Source: Candidatus Oxydemutatoraceae bacterium
GTDB taxonomy: Bacteria > Pseudomonadota > Gammaproteobacteria > Poriferisulfidales > Oxydemutatoraceae
Assembly (NCBI GenBank): GCA_965211995.1
Contig: OZ243040.1
Coordinates: 1,031,620 to 1,095,619 of the forward strand
DNA: 64,000 nucleotides
Reading direction: 5' to 3'
The stretch's first letter is position 1. The number at the start of each line of letters is the position of its first letter. A model generated the notes under the pieces. It had not been told where the DNA came from. It was given only the letters and a program-made list of their open reading frames with translations, and did no database searches. The translations under genes were made by a program, and so were the position numbers. Below are positions 31,538 to 41,830 of the stretch, piece after piece.

Positions 31538-32356
31538 ATGCAAAGGCCCGCTTCGGCGGGCCTTTTTCTGAGCCCCCCACAAGCGGCGCTCACCGGTCGC
31601 CTCAACGACGCCTCTCCTTCAATCCGCCTCGGGTTTGACTCGGTAAAAAATTTATTCTTGAAACCGGGAAAGAATTACGGCTGGCCGCACGTATTGTACG
31701 GAACGAACTACGGGCAACACATCTGGCCGCCGAGCGCGAGGCAAGACGAACACCAGGGGTATGAACAGCCCGCGTTTGTCTGGACTCCCTCGATCGGCGT
31801 ATCCAACCTGATCGCAGTGGAGGGGGATTTATTTCCGCTGTGGAAAAACGACCTGCTGGTCGGCTCACTCAAAAAGATGACGCTGTTCCGGCTGCAAATG
31901 CATGAGCACCGCGTCATCTACAGCGAGCCCATTAAAATTGGGCGGAGAATCCGGGATCTGACGGAAACCCCCAACGGGGAAATTTTTATCTGGACGGACG
32001 CACAAAGCATGATCCGGCTGCGCCCGGCGGACGCCTTGCCGAAAAAGGGCGAAACCATTGCCGCAGCCGGCAAGCGGCTGTTTTTCAAATGTATCGGCTG
32101 CCACAGCATCAAGCCGAACGTCCCGCACGGCATCGGACCCAATTTGCACAGCGTCTATAACAGCCCGATTGCACGGCAGGCCGGATACAACTACTCGCCG
32201 GCGCTGCGAGCCAGGTCCGCACAGCGGTGGACTCGCGCAAACCTCGATCTTTTCCTGCAAGACCCCGCGGCTTTCGCTCCCGGCACCACCATGCAAATAA
32301 ACACCCCCGACGACTACGAGCGCCGGGCGCTGCTGCATCACCTGCAAAACAATTGA
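31538..32356 (+). pseudogene. 5'-truncated remnant of a PQQ-dependent sugar dehydrogenase fused to a cytochrome c domain
   Basis: It begins mid-propeller (...GKNYGWPHVLYGTNYG...), so about 250 aa of the GSDH domain are missing. The C-terminus is a class-I cytochrome c (KCIGCHSIKPNVPHGIGPNLHSV...). It has no signal peptide and starts 21 nt after the upstream gene's stop. Confidence 0.5.
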
Positions 32357-32361
32357 CGGCG

Positions 32362-32856
32362 CTACTGCGGCGGCGTCTCGCCCGCGTCGGCGGCGATTAC
32401 CGCGTCCCCGACGGTCACGCGTCCGCCGACGCGCACAACCGCGGTCAGGCCGCCGTGACCGCGCATCGCATTCAAGCCGCCGCGCCCGACCGTCTCCTCC
32501 ATGCGTGCACACGGATGGCAGTCGCCGGTGCTTTCAAGCACCACCTCGCCAATACGAAAGCGCCTGCGCTTCAGCGCGCACAAATTAACGCCGGACACGA
32601 CAAAATTGCGCCTCAGCGCGGCGGGCTCGACGGCGGCGGCGCCGGCAAAGCGCGCAATCAACGGCAGGTGTTCGTGCTGGATCAGCGTCACCTGGCGCCG
32701 GCCCGCCCGGCGGGCGGCGTGGTCGCCGACGAGGCCGCGCCCGGCGATCAACTCGGCGGACTCGACCGCAACGACGCTGCCGCGATGCGCCTTGCGGAGG
32801 CCGATCCATTCGAGGCGTCCGGCGGCGGTCGCACGCGTCTCAGACAAGGGCGCCAT
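32362..32856 (-). CDS. MOSC-domain protein (YiiM-like)
   Basis: RNFVVSGVNLCALKRRRFRIGEVVLESTGDCHPCARMEE is the MOSC signature with its conserved Cys. Confidence 0.7.
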   Translation of the reverse strand: MAPLSETRATAAGRLEWIGLRKAHRGSVVAVESAELIAGRGLVGDHAARRAGRRQVTLIQHEHLPLIARFAGAAAVEPAALRRNFVVSGVNLCALKRRRFRIGEVVLESTGDCHPCARMEETVGRGGLNAMRGHGGLTAVVRVGGRVTVGDAVIAADAGETPPQ

Positions 32857-32889
32857 CAGGCCGCGTGCCGGCACGCGCACCGGCTCCGC

Positions 32890-34578
32890 TCAATCGTCCA
32901 GGTGGTGCTTCTCGTGCACCGGTTTCATCAAGGCGTTGCTGATCAAAGCGATGAACAGCAGCGCCGCCATCAGGTACATCGTCGTATTGTACAAAGACGG
33001 CGTCGGGTCAACCGTGCCCGGTGGCGCGATCTCCATCAGTTTCGCGATCGTCACGGTCTTGCTTTCCACCAATATCTCGAGCTCTTCAATGCCCGCGCCG
33101 AACGTCTCCATAAACTTCTGCGGCGACACTTTCTCGACGATCCGGCTGATCTCGCTGAGCATCGTGTTCTTGCGCAGCGAGGTGATCGCGAGCGGGCCAA
33201 GCACCCCGGCGACGCTCCACGCGGTCAGCAGCCGCCCGTGGATCCCGCCGACGTAGCGGGTGCCGAAAATGTCGGCGAGATAGGCCGGTATCGTCGCGAA
33301 GCCGCCGCCGTAGAAAGTGAAAATGATCATCGTCGCCGCGTAAAACACCACCAGCCAGAAGACCGACGGATGCAGATTCACCTGTTGCGCGGTCAGCGGG
33401 ATCGACAGATACAGCAGAATGCCGGCCGCAAAAAACACCCAGTAGGTGTTGCGCCGCCCCAATTTGTCGGACGCGCTCGCCCAAATAAGGCGCCCGACCA
33501 TGTTGAACACGCTGATCATCAGGACGTAGGTCGCGGCGAACGCGCCGTCCACGATGTTCGGCAGCGTGGTGCCGAAGATCTCGCTCATCATCGTCTTGGC
33601 GACGCCGATCACGCCGATGCCGGCGGTCACGTTGAAGCACAGCACGATCCACAACTGATAGAACTGCGGGGTCTTCAGCGCCTGGTCGATGTCCACGTCG
33701 CGGTGGGAGATCATGCGCTTCGCCGCGTCTTCCTTGCTCGGCGGCTCCCAGTCTTTCGGCTTCCAGCCCGGCGCCGGCAGACGATAGGCGAACGCGGCGA
33801 TTATCATCACCGTGAAATAGATCAGGCCCAGCGCGAAAAACGCTTGGGCGACGCCGACCGAACCGGTGCCGACCACGTACACCCCTTCGGGTCCCGGCAC
33901 GATCATCTGCGCGGCTTCGCCGGCGCCGACAACGACGACTTCCTTGAGTTCGCCGCCGATCTCGGCAAAGCGCCGCCCGAGGCGGGTAACCAACTGCACC
34001 GTGTCGGTCGCGCCCAGATACTGCGGCGCTTCATGAAACGCCTTGATAAAGAATTCCTTGAGCGGCGCACCGATCATCGCGCCGCCGCCGAAACCCATGA
34101 TCGCCATCCCGGTCGCCATGCCGCGCCGGTCGGGGAACCAGCGGATCAGGGTGCTCACCGGCGAGACGTAACCGAGGCCGAGGCCGCAGCCGCCGATCAC
34201 GCCGTAACCGAGATACACCAGCCACAACTGATGCAAAGCGATGCCGCAACCGCCGACGATGTAGCCGCCGCCCCACAGGCACGCCGCCGTCACGCCGACC
34301 GTGCGCGGCCCGACCGTTTCGAGCCAGCGCCCGGCAAACGCCGCCGCAAGCCCCAGAAACACGATCGAAACCGTGAAGATCCACACCACGCCGCGCAGGC
34401 TCCAATCGTCCGCCGCGCTGGTGGCAACGCCCAGCACCTTGACCAGCGCCGGGTTATAGATGCTCCAGGCGTACACCGAACCGATGCACAAGTGAATTGC
34501 GACCGACGCCGGCGGCACCCGCCAGCGGTTGAAATCCGGCCCGGCAATGATGCGCTCTTTTGACAGCAAACCCGCCAT
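32890..34578 (-). CDS. MFS transporter, oxalate/formate antiporter (OFA)-like family
   Basis: 12-plus TM segments, an MFS 2-3 loop motif GRWLETVGPR-type, 562 aa with an extended central loop. Confidence 0.65.
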   Translation of the reverse strand: MAGLLSKERIIAGPDFNRWRVPPASVAIHLCIGSVYAWSIYNPALVKVLGVATSAADDWSLRGVVWIFTVSIVFLGLAAAFAGRWLETVGPRTVGVTAACLWGGGYIVGGCGIALHQLWLVYLGYGVIGGCGLGLGYVSPVSTLIRWFPDRRGMATGMAIMGFGGGAMIGAPLKEFFIKAFHEAPQYLGATDTVQLVTRLGRRFAEIGGELKEVVVVGAGEAAQMIVPGPEGVYVVGTGSVGVAQAFFALGLIYFTVMIIAAFAYRLPAPGWKPKDWEPPSKEDAAKRMISHRDVDIDQALKTPQFYQLWIVLCFNVTAGIGVIGVAKTMMSEIFGTTLPNIVDGAFAATYVLMISVFNMVGRLIWASASDKLGRRNTYWVFFAAGILLYLSIPLTAQQVNLHPSVFWLVVFYAATMIIFTFYGGGFATIPAYLADIFGTRYVGGIHGRLLTAWSVAGVLGPLAITSLRKNTMLSEISRIVEKVSPQKFMETFGAGIEELEILVESKTVTIAKLMEIAPPGTVDPTPSLYNTTMYLMAALLFIALISNALMKPVHEKHHLDD

Positions 34579-34717
34579 GTTGCCTCCTAAAAAATAATGG
34601 TCAGTTGTTGAAGCCGCTGAGAGACGCCGGCACCGCTTTGATCTCCTGTGCGTGAAAGCGCCTTAGAGCAAAGCGTCTTCAGCCGGCGAATTCTCGCGTA
34701 TTCCGCCCCTGAAACCA

Positions 34718-35308
34718 TCAGTTGTTGAAACCACTGAGATACGCCGACACCGCTGCGATCTCCTCTGCGCTGAAAGTCTTGAGCAAGGTGTTTTTAGCCG
34801 GCGAATTCTTGCGTATTCCGGCCTTGAAGTCGAGCATGGTTTTCAAAAGATATTCATAATGCTGACCCGAGGCCCGCGGGACGCGGCTGTTGCCTTCAAA
34901 GCCGCCGAGGTGGCACTGCACGCACTGTCCCGCGCCGACGACCCGCTTGCCAAGCGCGATCTGCTCCGGCGTCGCCTTGAAAGCGGCGGCGGCCCATGCC
35001 TGCTCGGAGAAATACTCCGCGATCAGCAACATTTCATCTTTTTCCAGCGCCGCGGCCAGCGGCTGCATGATCGGGCTCTCCCTGAGACCCGACTTGAAGT
35101 CCTTGAGTTGAACGTACAGGTAATACAGATGTTGTCCGGCAAGTACCGGGTTTTGAGGGATTTGCGAGACGCCCTTCTCGCCGTGGCACACGATACAGGT
35201 CGTGAGTTTGTCGCGCACCGGCGCGTACTTGTCGTCCGCGGCGTGCAACCATGAAGAACACAACACGACGGCGGCAAATATCGGCCATTTGAAGGCAGCC
35301 CCGTTCAT
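34718..35308 (-). CDS. Dihaem cytochrome c (c4/c553-like), probable electron acceptor of the adjacent PQQ-ADH
   Basis: Two CxxCH motifs (CIVCHG and CVQCHL) plus a signal peptide. Confidence 0.7.
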   Translation of the reverse strand: MNGAAFKWPIFAAVVLCSSWLHAADDKYAPVRDKLTTCIVCHGEKGVSQIPQNPVLAGQHLYYLYVQLKDFKSGLRESPIMQPLAAALEKDEMLLIAEYFSEQAWAAAAFKATPEQIALGKRVVGAGQCVQCHLGGFEGNSRVPRASGQHYEYLLKTMLDFKAGIRKNSPAKNTLLKTFSAEEIAAVSAYLSGFNN

Positions 35309-35382
35309 GCCGTAAAAAAGCACCCGCACGACCCCCGTGCGGGTGCTTGCATTCCATCTGCGTCGAACCCGGCGGCGCGCCG

Positions 35383-37092
35383 TCAGTGCGCCAGGGAATA
35401 CGCAATGATCTCGTTGCCGCGCTTGTAGTTCAACTGAACGTTGCCGCCGGCGGCCACGACGATGTACTGCGTGCCTTTCACGTTATACGCGGCCGGCGGC
35501 GCATTCACGCCGGCGTCGGCTTGGTCCTGCCACAACAACTCACCGGAAGTCGAGTCGTAAGCCTTGAACAGGCCGTTGCCCTCGCCGGTGAACAACAGAC
35601 CGCCGGCCGTCGCCAGAATGCCGCCGATCATCGGCTGCTCGGTCTTGACCTTCCAGGCGATTTTCCCGGTGTTGTAGTTGACCGCCGTGACGTTGCCCCA
35701 CTGCTCTTCGCTCTCGATCACCTTGAAAGCGCCGCCGAGCCAGAGTTTGCCGCCCGGATAAGGGGTTTCCTCGACGTGGTAGGTCATCGGCTGGTGCAGA
35801 TTGATCGCATACGCAAGATGCTGCGTCGGGTCAATCGCCATCGGCGACCATTCGACCCCGCCGTTGGCACCCGGCAGCATGCGCGCACCTTCGGCCGTCG
35901 GCAGCACCCAGCGATTTTCCTGCGACACCATCGGCTCGGAGAACCGGATCAGGCTGCAATCATCGGCGCGATGAACATAGACGTAGCCGGTCTTGCCGCC
36001 GTGCAGAATACCCTTGACCTTGTTGCCGCGTGCGTCCTCGACCGTCGTAATGACCGGGGGGCTGACCGCGTCCAGATCCCAAACGTCGTGGGCGATGTAC
36101 TGGAAGTGGCATTGGTATTCGCCCTTTTCGAGGTCAACCGCAACCAGCGAATTGGTGTACAGATTATCTCCGGGGCGGATCGCGCCGTACAGGTCCGGCG
36201 ACGGGTTGCCCACCATGAAATAGACCATGCCGGTCTCGCGGTCAATCGCCATGTTCTGCCACACGCCGCCACCCAGCGTTTTATACGGGTCGCCCAGTTT
36301 CTTGAGCGCCGCTTTCTCAGCCTTGATGTCGCGCAGCATATCCTTGCCGGTCGCGTCGGTCTTCGCCCAAACGCCGACCGAGTTCTCCGGAATCGTATGG
36401 AAAGTCCACAGCAGTTTGCCGGTATCGGCGGCGTAAGCCTTCACGAACCCGCGGATGCCGTATTCGCCGCCGTTGGTGCCGATCAGCACTTTGCCTTCGA
36501 CCACGGTCGGCGCCATCGTTTCGCTGTAGCCGAGTTCCGGGTCGGCAATCTGCCGCTCCCACAGCAGTCTGCCGTTGCCGGCGTCGAGCGCAACCAACTT
36601 GGCGTCGAGGGTGCCCATGAAGACCTTGCCGCCGTAAACGGCTACGCCGCGGTTATTCGGCCCGCAGCAGTAGGTCGTGATCGGCCCCATCTTGTGCTTG
36701 TAATGCCACAACTGCTCGCCGGTCGCGGCGTCCAGCGCATAGGCGTGGTTGAACGAGGTGGTGACGTACATCACGCCGTCAACGACGATCGGCGTCACCT
36801 CCATGGATTCCACCACTTCGGTTTTGAAGACCCACGCCCGTTTCAGATGCCTTACGTTGGAGCGGTCGATCTGCCGGGCACGGTAATACCGGGTCTGGCT
36901 GTAATTGCCGTTGGTGTGAAGAAAATTATTGGAGTCCCCCGCGGCATGGTCAAGCATATCCTGAGTGACCGTCCGCATATTGCCGTACAGGGTGCCACCG
37001 CCGACTTCCTCCCCCGCCCAAACGCAAACGGCGGAAAACGAAAACAGACAGCCAACCAACATCCTCCAAGTCAAAGATTGATAGCGTTTCAT
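35383..37092 (-). CDS. Second PQQ-dependent alcohol dehydrogenase (type I quinoprotein, lanthanide-type Asp; XoxF/PedH/ExaF-like)
   Basis: Signal peptide, the vicinal disulfide YCCGPNNRG, tryptophan-docking repeats, and [10 protein letters not shown] (Asp-x-Asp). Start chosen at [11 protein letters not shown]. The antisense 597-aa ORF 35347..37140 is spurious. Confidence 0.75.
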   Translation of the reverse strand: MKRYQSLTWRMLVGCLFSFSAVCVWAGEEVGGGTLYGNMRTVTQDMLDHAAGDSNNFLHTNGNYSQTRYYRARQIDRSNVRHLKRAWVFKTEVVESMEVTPIVVDGVMYVTTSFNHAYALDAATGEQLWHYKHKMGPITTYCCGPNNRGVAVYGGKVFMGTLDAKLVALDAGNGRLLWERQIADPELGYSETMAPTVVEGKVLIGTNGGEYGIRGFVKAYAADTGKLLWTFHTIPENSVGVWAKTDATGKDMLRDIKAEKAALKKLGDPYKTLGGGVWQNMAIDRETGMVYFMVGNPSPDLYGAIRPGDNLYTNSLVAVDLEKGEYQCHFQYIAHDVWDLDAVSPPVITTVEDARGNKVKGILHGGKTGYVYVHRADDCSLIRFSEPMVSQENRWVLPTAEGARMLPGANGGVEWSPMAIDPTQHLAYAINLHQPMTYHVEETPYPGGKLWLGGAFKVIESEEQWGNVTAVNYNTGKIAWKVKTEQPMIGGILATAGGLLFTGEGNGLFKAYDSTSGELLWQDQADAGVNAPPAAYNVKGTQYIVVAAGGNVQLNYKRGNEIIAYSLAH

Positions 37093-37304
37093 ACCGAAAC
37101 CCCTCCTCGGTGGTTTATTGAGAAACAAAAGAATCGCTGATTATAGCCCCAAACCCGAGACCCGCCCGCCGCCGCGGCAGTCAAAATCAACTGCCTGCCT
37201 GCAACAATATGCTAAAAATATATGTAAAATCGCATTTATGAATATTGCACCGCCTCCGCCGGAACCTTGACAACGGGAACTGCGAGTGACCGACAATAGC
37301 CGGC

Positions 37305-38297
37305 ATGAACAGAAGGACTTTTTTAGAGCTGAGCGCCGGCTTGCTGCTCGGCAGCGTCTCCGCCGCGGGGTTGCCCACGCCCGCTCATCCAAAGCCCGCG
37401 GGCACCGGGCTTGCTTATGACCCGCTGTTTCTCGAACACCAACTCGAGCCGGGACATCCGGAGTCGCCGCACCGCTTGCACGCCGCGAGGGACGGCCTCA
37501 AACGCAACGGCCTGCTCGCAAGAACCGTAAAACTGAATCTGCTTGAGGATATCGAGCCGCACATGCTGCGCGTTCATACCGCTGAGCACGTCGCCTCCAT
37601 CAAGCGCCGTTACGGACACAGCCACAAAGTGGCGATGGCGGCGACCGCGGCGGGACTCGCGGCGACCGCGGCGGTCTGCGAGAGCCGGCTCGGCAACGCG
37701 TTCTGCCTGACCCGCCCGCCCGGACACCACGCTTTGAACACCGGGCGCGAAGAGGGCTTTTGCTATTACAACACGGTGGCGGTCGCCGCGCGCTACGCCC
37801 AGAAGACCCACGGACTTGCAAAAATACTTATAGTCGATTGGGATTATCACCACGGCAACGGCACCGAAGCCGCCTTCTACGACGACCCGTCGGTGCTGTT
37901 CTTCTCAACCCACGACCGCCGCGCGTATCCGGGCACCGGCGACCCGCGCAGAACCGGCGCGGGCAGAGGGGAAGGCTACAACATCAACGTCCATCTCGAC
38001 TGCGGCGCCACCGACGCGGACCTCGCGGCGGCGTTCAACCGGCACCTGCTGCCCGCGGCCGACGCCTTCAAGCCCGACCTCGTGATCATCTCCGCCGGCT
38101 TCGACAGCCGCAAGGATGACACCCTCGGCTGCTTCGATGTCAGCGACGACGGTTTTGCCGAACTGACGAAAATAATGACGCGCTTCGCCGGACGGCACTG
38201 CGAAGGGCGTTTGGTGTCGGTGCTCGAAGGCGGGTACAATCCACCGGGGCTGGCGAGCGCGGTCGCGTCTCACGTTAAAGCCCTGTTGGACGCCTGA
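37305..38297 (+). CDS. Histone-deacetylase-family (HDAC/AcuC-like) amidohydrolase with a Tat signal peptide
   Basis: The twin-arginine leader MNRRTFLELSAGLLLGSVSAAG, and HDAC motifs ...RPPGHHA...DWDYHHGNGTE...ISAGFD...EGGY. Confidence 0.75.
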   Translation: MNRRTFLELSAGLLLGSVSAAGLPTPAHPKPAGTGLAYDPLFLEHQLEPGHPESPHRLHAARDGLKRNGLLARTVKLNLLEDIEPHMLRVHTAEHVASIKRRYGHSHKVAMAATAAGLAATAAVCESRLGNAFCLTRPPGHHALNTGREEGFCYYNTVAVAARYAQKTHGLAKILIVDWDYHHGNGTEAAFYDDPSVLFFSTHDRRAYPGTGDPRRTGAGRGEGYNINVHLDCGATDADLAAAFNRHLLPAADAFKPDLVIISAGFDSRKDDTLGCFDVSDDGFAELTKIMTRFAGRHCEGRLVSVLEGGYNPPGLASAVASHVKALLDA

Positions 38298-38301
38298 CAC
38301 T

Positions 38302-39165
38302 TTGAACTCACCGCTCACAACCGCCGGCAAAACCGCGCTGCTTGCCTGCCTGCTGTCGCTCCTGCCGTCAATTCCGGGCGCAGCCGAAGACGCCCGGCAA
38401 TTGAACTTCCGCCTGTTCGAGGCCGCCGGGAAAGGCGATTCGGATGAGGTGCGCACGCTGCTCGGTCGGGGCGCTTCGGTCAAGGCGCGCAACCGTTTCG
38501 GCAACACCGCGCTGATCTACGCCGCGCGAGGAGGACACGCCGCCGTCTTGAAGTTGCTGGTCAAACGCGGCGCGGACGTTAATCAGCCCAACCTCAACCG
38601 GGAGTCGGCTTTGATCAACGCCGCGAAGAACGGCCACTTGGAGGCCGCGAAATTCCTGATCGCCACAGGCGCGGACGTCAATCAAAACAGCCTCAGGCAC
38701 ATTACCGCGCTGACCGAAGCGGTTTACGCCGAACACGCGGCGCTGGTCAAACTGCTGCTCGCGCACGGCGCCGACGTCAACGTGATGGACAACTCGGACA
38801 AAACCGCGCTGGTGTACGCGGCGAGTCACTGCAACCGCGAGATCTTCGACGCGCTGATGGAAAACAAACCCGACGTGAACCGCCGCCTCGGCAACGATTT
38901 AACGCTGTTGATATGGGCGGCGGCGTACGGACACCGGCATTGTGTTGACCGGCTGATCCACGCGGGCGCCGAACTCGACGCACAGGACAACCGCGGACGC
39001 AACGCCGTGATGGCGGCGGCGGAAGCGGGCTTTAAGGGAGTCGTCGAATTGCTCGCCGCAAACGGCGCCCCTCTCGAAAGCCGCGATCTGCAAGGCAGCA
39101 CCGCCGCCGATTTGGCACGAGCCAACGGCAAACAAGACGTCGTGCGCTACCTCCTGTCCCGATAA
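38302..39165 (+). CDS. Secreted ankyrin-repeat protein (about 7 ANK repeats)
   Basis: A signal peptide, then repeated GNTALIYAARGGHAAVLKLLVKRGADVN-type units. Confidence 0.8.
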   Translation: MNSPLTTAGKTALLACLLSLLPSIPGAAEDARQLNFRLFEAAGKGDSDEVRTLLGRGASVKARNRFGNTALIYAARGGHAAVLKLLVKRGADVNQPNLNRESALINAAKNGHLEAAKFLIATGADVNQNSLRHITALTEAVYAEHAALVKLLLAHGADVNVMDNSDKTALVYAASHCNREIFDALMENKPDVNRRLGNDLTLLIWAAAYGHRHCVDRLIHAGAELDAQDNRGRNAVMAAAEAGFKGVVELLAANGAPLESRDLQGSTAADLARANGKQDVVRYLLSR

Positions 39166-39640
39166 AACGAGTCTCACCCCCGCGAAGCCGGCCCGGCGCC
39201 GTGTTGCCCGCCCGCAGGCATCCGCGAATGACGCGGGTTCGCCCGCCGCTTCAAGCCAGTGGCCGCACCGCGACGCACACCTTCTTTCATTGGACGTCAC
39301 CCGCTATCTTCTGAACCGATATAGCGAGTCTCACCCCCGCGAAGCCGGCCCGGCGCCGTGTTGCCCGCCCGCAGGCATCCGCGAATGACGCGGATTCAGT
39401 CCACCGCTTCAAGCCAGCGGCCGCACCGCACGCACACTTTCTTTCATTGGATGTCACCCGCTATCTTCTGAACCGATATAGCAAGTTTCACCCCCGCGAA
39501 GCCGACCCGGCGCCGTGTTGCCCGCCCGCAGGCATCCGCGAATGACGCGGGTTCAGTCCGCCGCTTCAAGCCAGCGGCCGCACCACGAAACGAGGCGTCT
39601 TTTTATTGCCGCGTCACCGTGCTCGATGATCTCCCGGCCG
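39166..39640. repeat. 155-bp tandem repeat, 3 copies, intergenic
   Basis: The unit starts (a/g)acgagtctcacccccgcgaagccggcccggcgccgtgttgcccgcccgcaggcatccgcgaatgacgcgg at 39166, 39321 and 39477. Confidence 0.75.
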
Positions 39641-39680
39641 TCCATATACGGCGCGAGCGCTTCAGGCAGACGCCAATTTC

Positions 39681-39830
39681 CAGTCCGAAGCGCGATAAAA
39701 GAAAGCAGAGCAGACCGCTGAAAACCGCTCCCCTCTCAAGGGGAAGCCGGCCGGTGGGGGGAATACAAAAGACGACGCGGGCGGGCGCCGGAGGATGACG
39801 CCGGGCCAACGCCGCACTTCAGACTTGAAA
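39681..39830. repeat. MITE-like element copy with TIRs (cagtccgaagcgcg ... cgccgcacttcagacttg)
   Basis: It is flanked by a roughly 65-bp divergent duplicate of the serS 3' end (39606-39670 against 39907-39975). Confidence 0.6.
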
Positions 39831-39899
39831 CCGGCGGCGCACGCGGCCTTGTTGCCGATCTTAAGGCTTCAATTGGCGGATGCCGCCCGTTGCAATGCG

Positions 39900-41180
39900 T
39901 CACGCATCGCCGCGCTCAATGATCTCCCGGCCGTCCATGTACGGCACGAGTGCTTCGGGCAGGCGCACGCGGCCTTTCTCATCCTGGAAGTTTTCGAGCA
40001 CGGCGACCAACGTGCGCCCGACCGCGAGGCCGGAGCCGTTCAAACTGTGCACAAGTGCGGGCTTGCCCCCGCCCTTGCGTACGCGCGCCTGCATCCGCCG
40101 CGCCTGAAAATCCGTCATATTGCTGCACGACGAGATCTCACGGTAACGCCGCTGTCCCGGCAGCCACACTTCAAGATCATAAGTCCGGGCCGACGCAAAC
40201 CCGAGATCGCCCGCACACAACTCCATCACCCGGTAAGGCAGCCCCAGAGCCTGCAATACCGCTTCGCCGTGGCCGGTCAACTCTTCCAGCGCCGCCGCCG
40301 AATCCCCGGCCCGAACGATCTGCACCATTTCGACTTTCTCGAACTGATGCTGACGGATCAACCCGCGCGTGTCCTTGCCGTAGGAGCCGGCTTCCGAGCG
40401 AAAGCACGGCGTGTGCGCGACCCACTTCACCGGCAACTCGTCTTCCGCGAGGATCTTGTCGCGGCACAGATTCGTCAACGGCACTTCCCCCGTCGGGATC
40501 AGGTAATAACCGCCCGCGGTCAGCGCAAACAAATCTTCCTCAAACTTCGGCAACTGCCCGGTGCCGTAGAGACAATCGGCGTTCGCGATATACGGCGCAT
40601 AAACCTCGCGGTAGCCGTGCCGATCGACCTGCACGTCGAGCATGAAACGGGTCAGCGCGCGCTGCAACTTCGCGAGTTCCCCGAACAGCACCGTGAAACG
40701 CTTGCCGGCGAGTTTCGCCGCGGCCTGGTTATCCATCAGCCCCAGACCTTCCGCGACCGCAACGTGGTCTTTGACCTCGAATGCAAACGCCGGCGGCTCG
40801 CCCCAGCGCCTTCTCTCGACGTTGTCGCTTTCGTCCTTGCCGTCCGGCACCGCGGCGTCCGGCAGATTCGGCACGCCCGACAACAGCGCGTCCAGCGTCG
40901 CCTGCGTTTGCGTCAGTTGCCCCGCGCACGCCTCAAGCCGGCGTTTGAGGTCCTCCCCCGATCGCAGCAACTCATCCGCGTCCGCGCCTTCGGCTTTCGC
41001 TGCGCCGACGGCCTTGGCGTTCAACCTGCTCTGATTTTTTAATTCCTCGACTTCGACCTGCCCCCGCTTGCGCCGCTCCTCGGCCTTGCGGTAAGCCTCG
41101 CGATCGAAGCCGAAGCCTCTGCGCCTGAGCGCGGCGACGACGCTTTCGTGATCGGTTCGCAGTAACTTCGGGTCGAGCAT
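39900..41180 (-). CDS. serS: Seryl-tRNA synthetase
   Basis: 426 aa, an N-terminal coiled-coil arm, and class II motifs (...[27 protein letters not shown]...). Confidence 0.92.
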   Translation of the reverse strand: MLDPKLLRTDHESVVAALRRRGFGFDREAYRKAEERRKRGQVEVEELKNQSRLNAKAVGAAKAEGADADELLRSGEDLKRRLEACAGQLTQTQATLDALLSGVPNLPDAAVPDGKDESDNVERRRWGEPPAFAFEVKDHVAVAEGLGLMDNQAAAKLAGKRFTVLFGELAKLQRALTRFMLDVQVDRHGYREVYAPYIANADCLYGTGQLPKFEEDLFALTAGGYYLIPTGEVPLTNLCRDKILAEDELPVKWVAHTPCFRSEAGSYGKDTRGLIRQHQFEKVEMVQIVRAGDSAAALEELTGHGEAVLQALGLPYRVMELCAGDLGFASARTYDLEVWLPGQRRYREISSCSNMTDFQARRMQARVRKGGGKPALVHSLNGSGLAVGRTLVAVLENFQDEKGRVRLPEALVPYMDGREIIERGDA

Positions 41181-41254
41181 GGTGGAAATTTAGACAACCG
41201 CGGGAGGGTCTGCCTATAATTGAACCGCGGATATTGCAACAAAACCCGCTGAAA

Positions 41255-41830
41255 TCCAAACGCAAGCGTCGGACGATGCTCAACGCCTGCCTCGTGCCCG
41301 GCACGTCCGCCCGGCTCAATCGGCGCCGGGCTGAGCGAGGACGCCGACCGGGTCGGGAAAATGCCAAAGACCAGCCTCGTGTTTCCGCTGTCACTGAACG
41401 CGCCGCCCTCGTCCGCCGCCATCGCGGCTGTTCATATCATCCACCCTGTTTGAAACCCCCGTCACAGCACTTCCCGGCGGTCATTTCGGAACCGATGTCT
41501 TTTTGACCCGCACCAGCGCTGTACGCGCGCCAAACGATGATCGCCGCCTGCCTCGTGCCCGGCAGGTCCGCCTGGCTCAATCGGCGCCGGGCTGAGCGAG
41601 GACGCCGACCGGGTCGGGGAAATGCCAAAGACCGGCCCCGTGTTTCCGCTGTCACTGAACGCGCCGCCCTCGTCCGCCGCCGTCGCGGCTGTTAATATCA
41701 CCCCCCATGTTTGAAAACCCCGCCACCCGGTAATACCATCGGCAGGTCCGGGTTCATATCATCCACCATGTTTGAAACCCCCGTCACAGCACTTCCCGGC
41801 GGTCATTTCGGAACCGATATCTTTTTGATC
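41255..41830. repeat. Roughly 265-280-bp tandem duplication (2 degenerate copies plus the functional copy) of the promoter and 5' coding region of the downstream antiporter gene
   Basis: cctcgtgcccggca(c/g)gtccgcc(c/t)ggctcaatcggcgccgggctgagcgaggacgccgaccgggtcggg...tgtttgaaacccccgtcacagcacttcccggcggtcatttcggaaccgat(g/a)tctttttga recurs at about 41288, 41549 and 41768 (the real start codon). Confidence 0.7.

Noticed and set aside
32227-34563. 778-aa ORF antisense to the MFS transporter and MOSC genes
   Set aside because: Arg-rich low-complexity product that overlaps two conserved genes.
35347-37140. 597-aa ORF antisense to the second PQQ-ADH
   Set aside because: Antisense shadow ORF in a high-GC gene.
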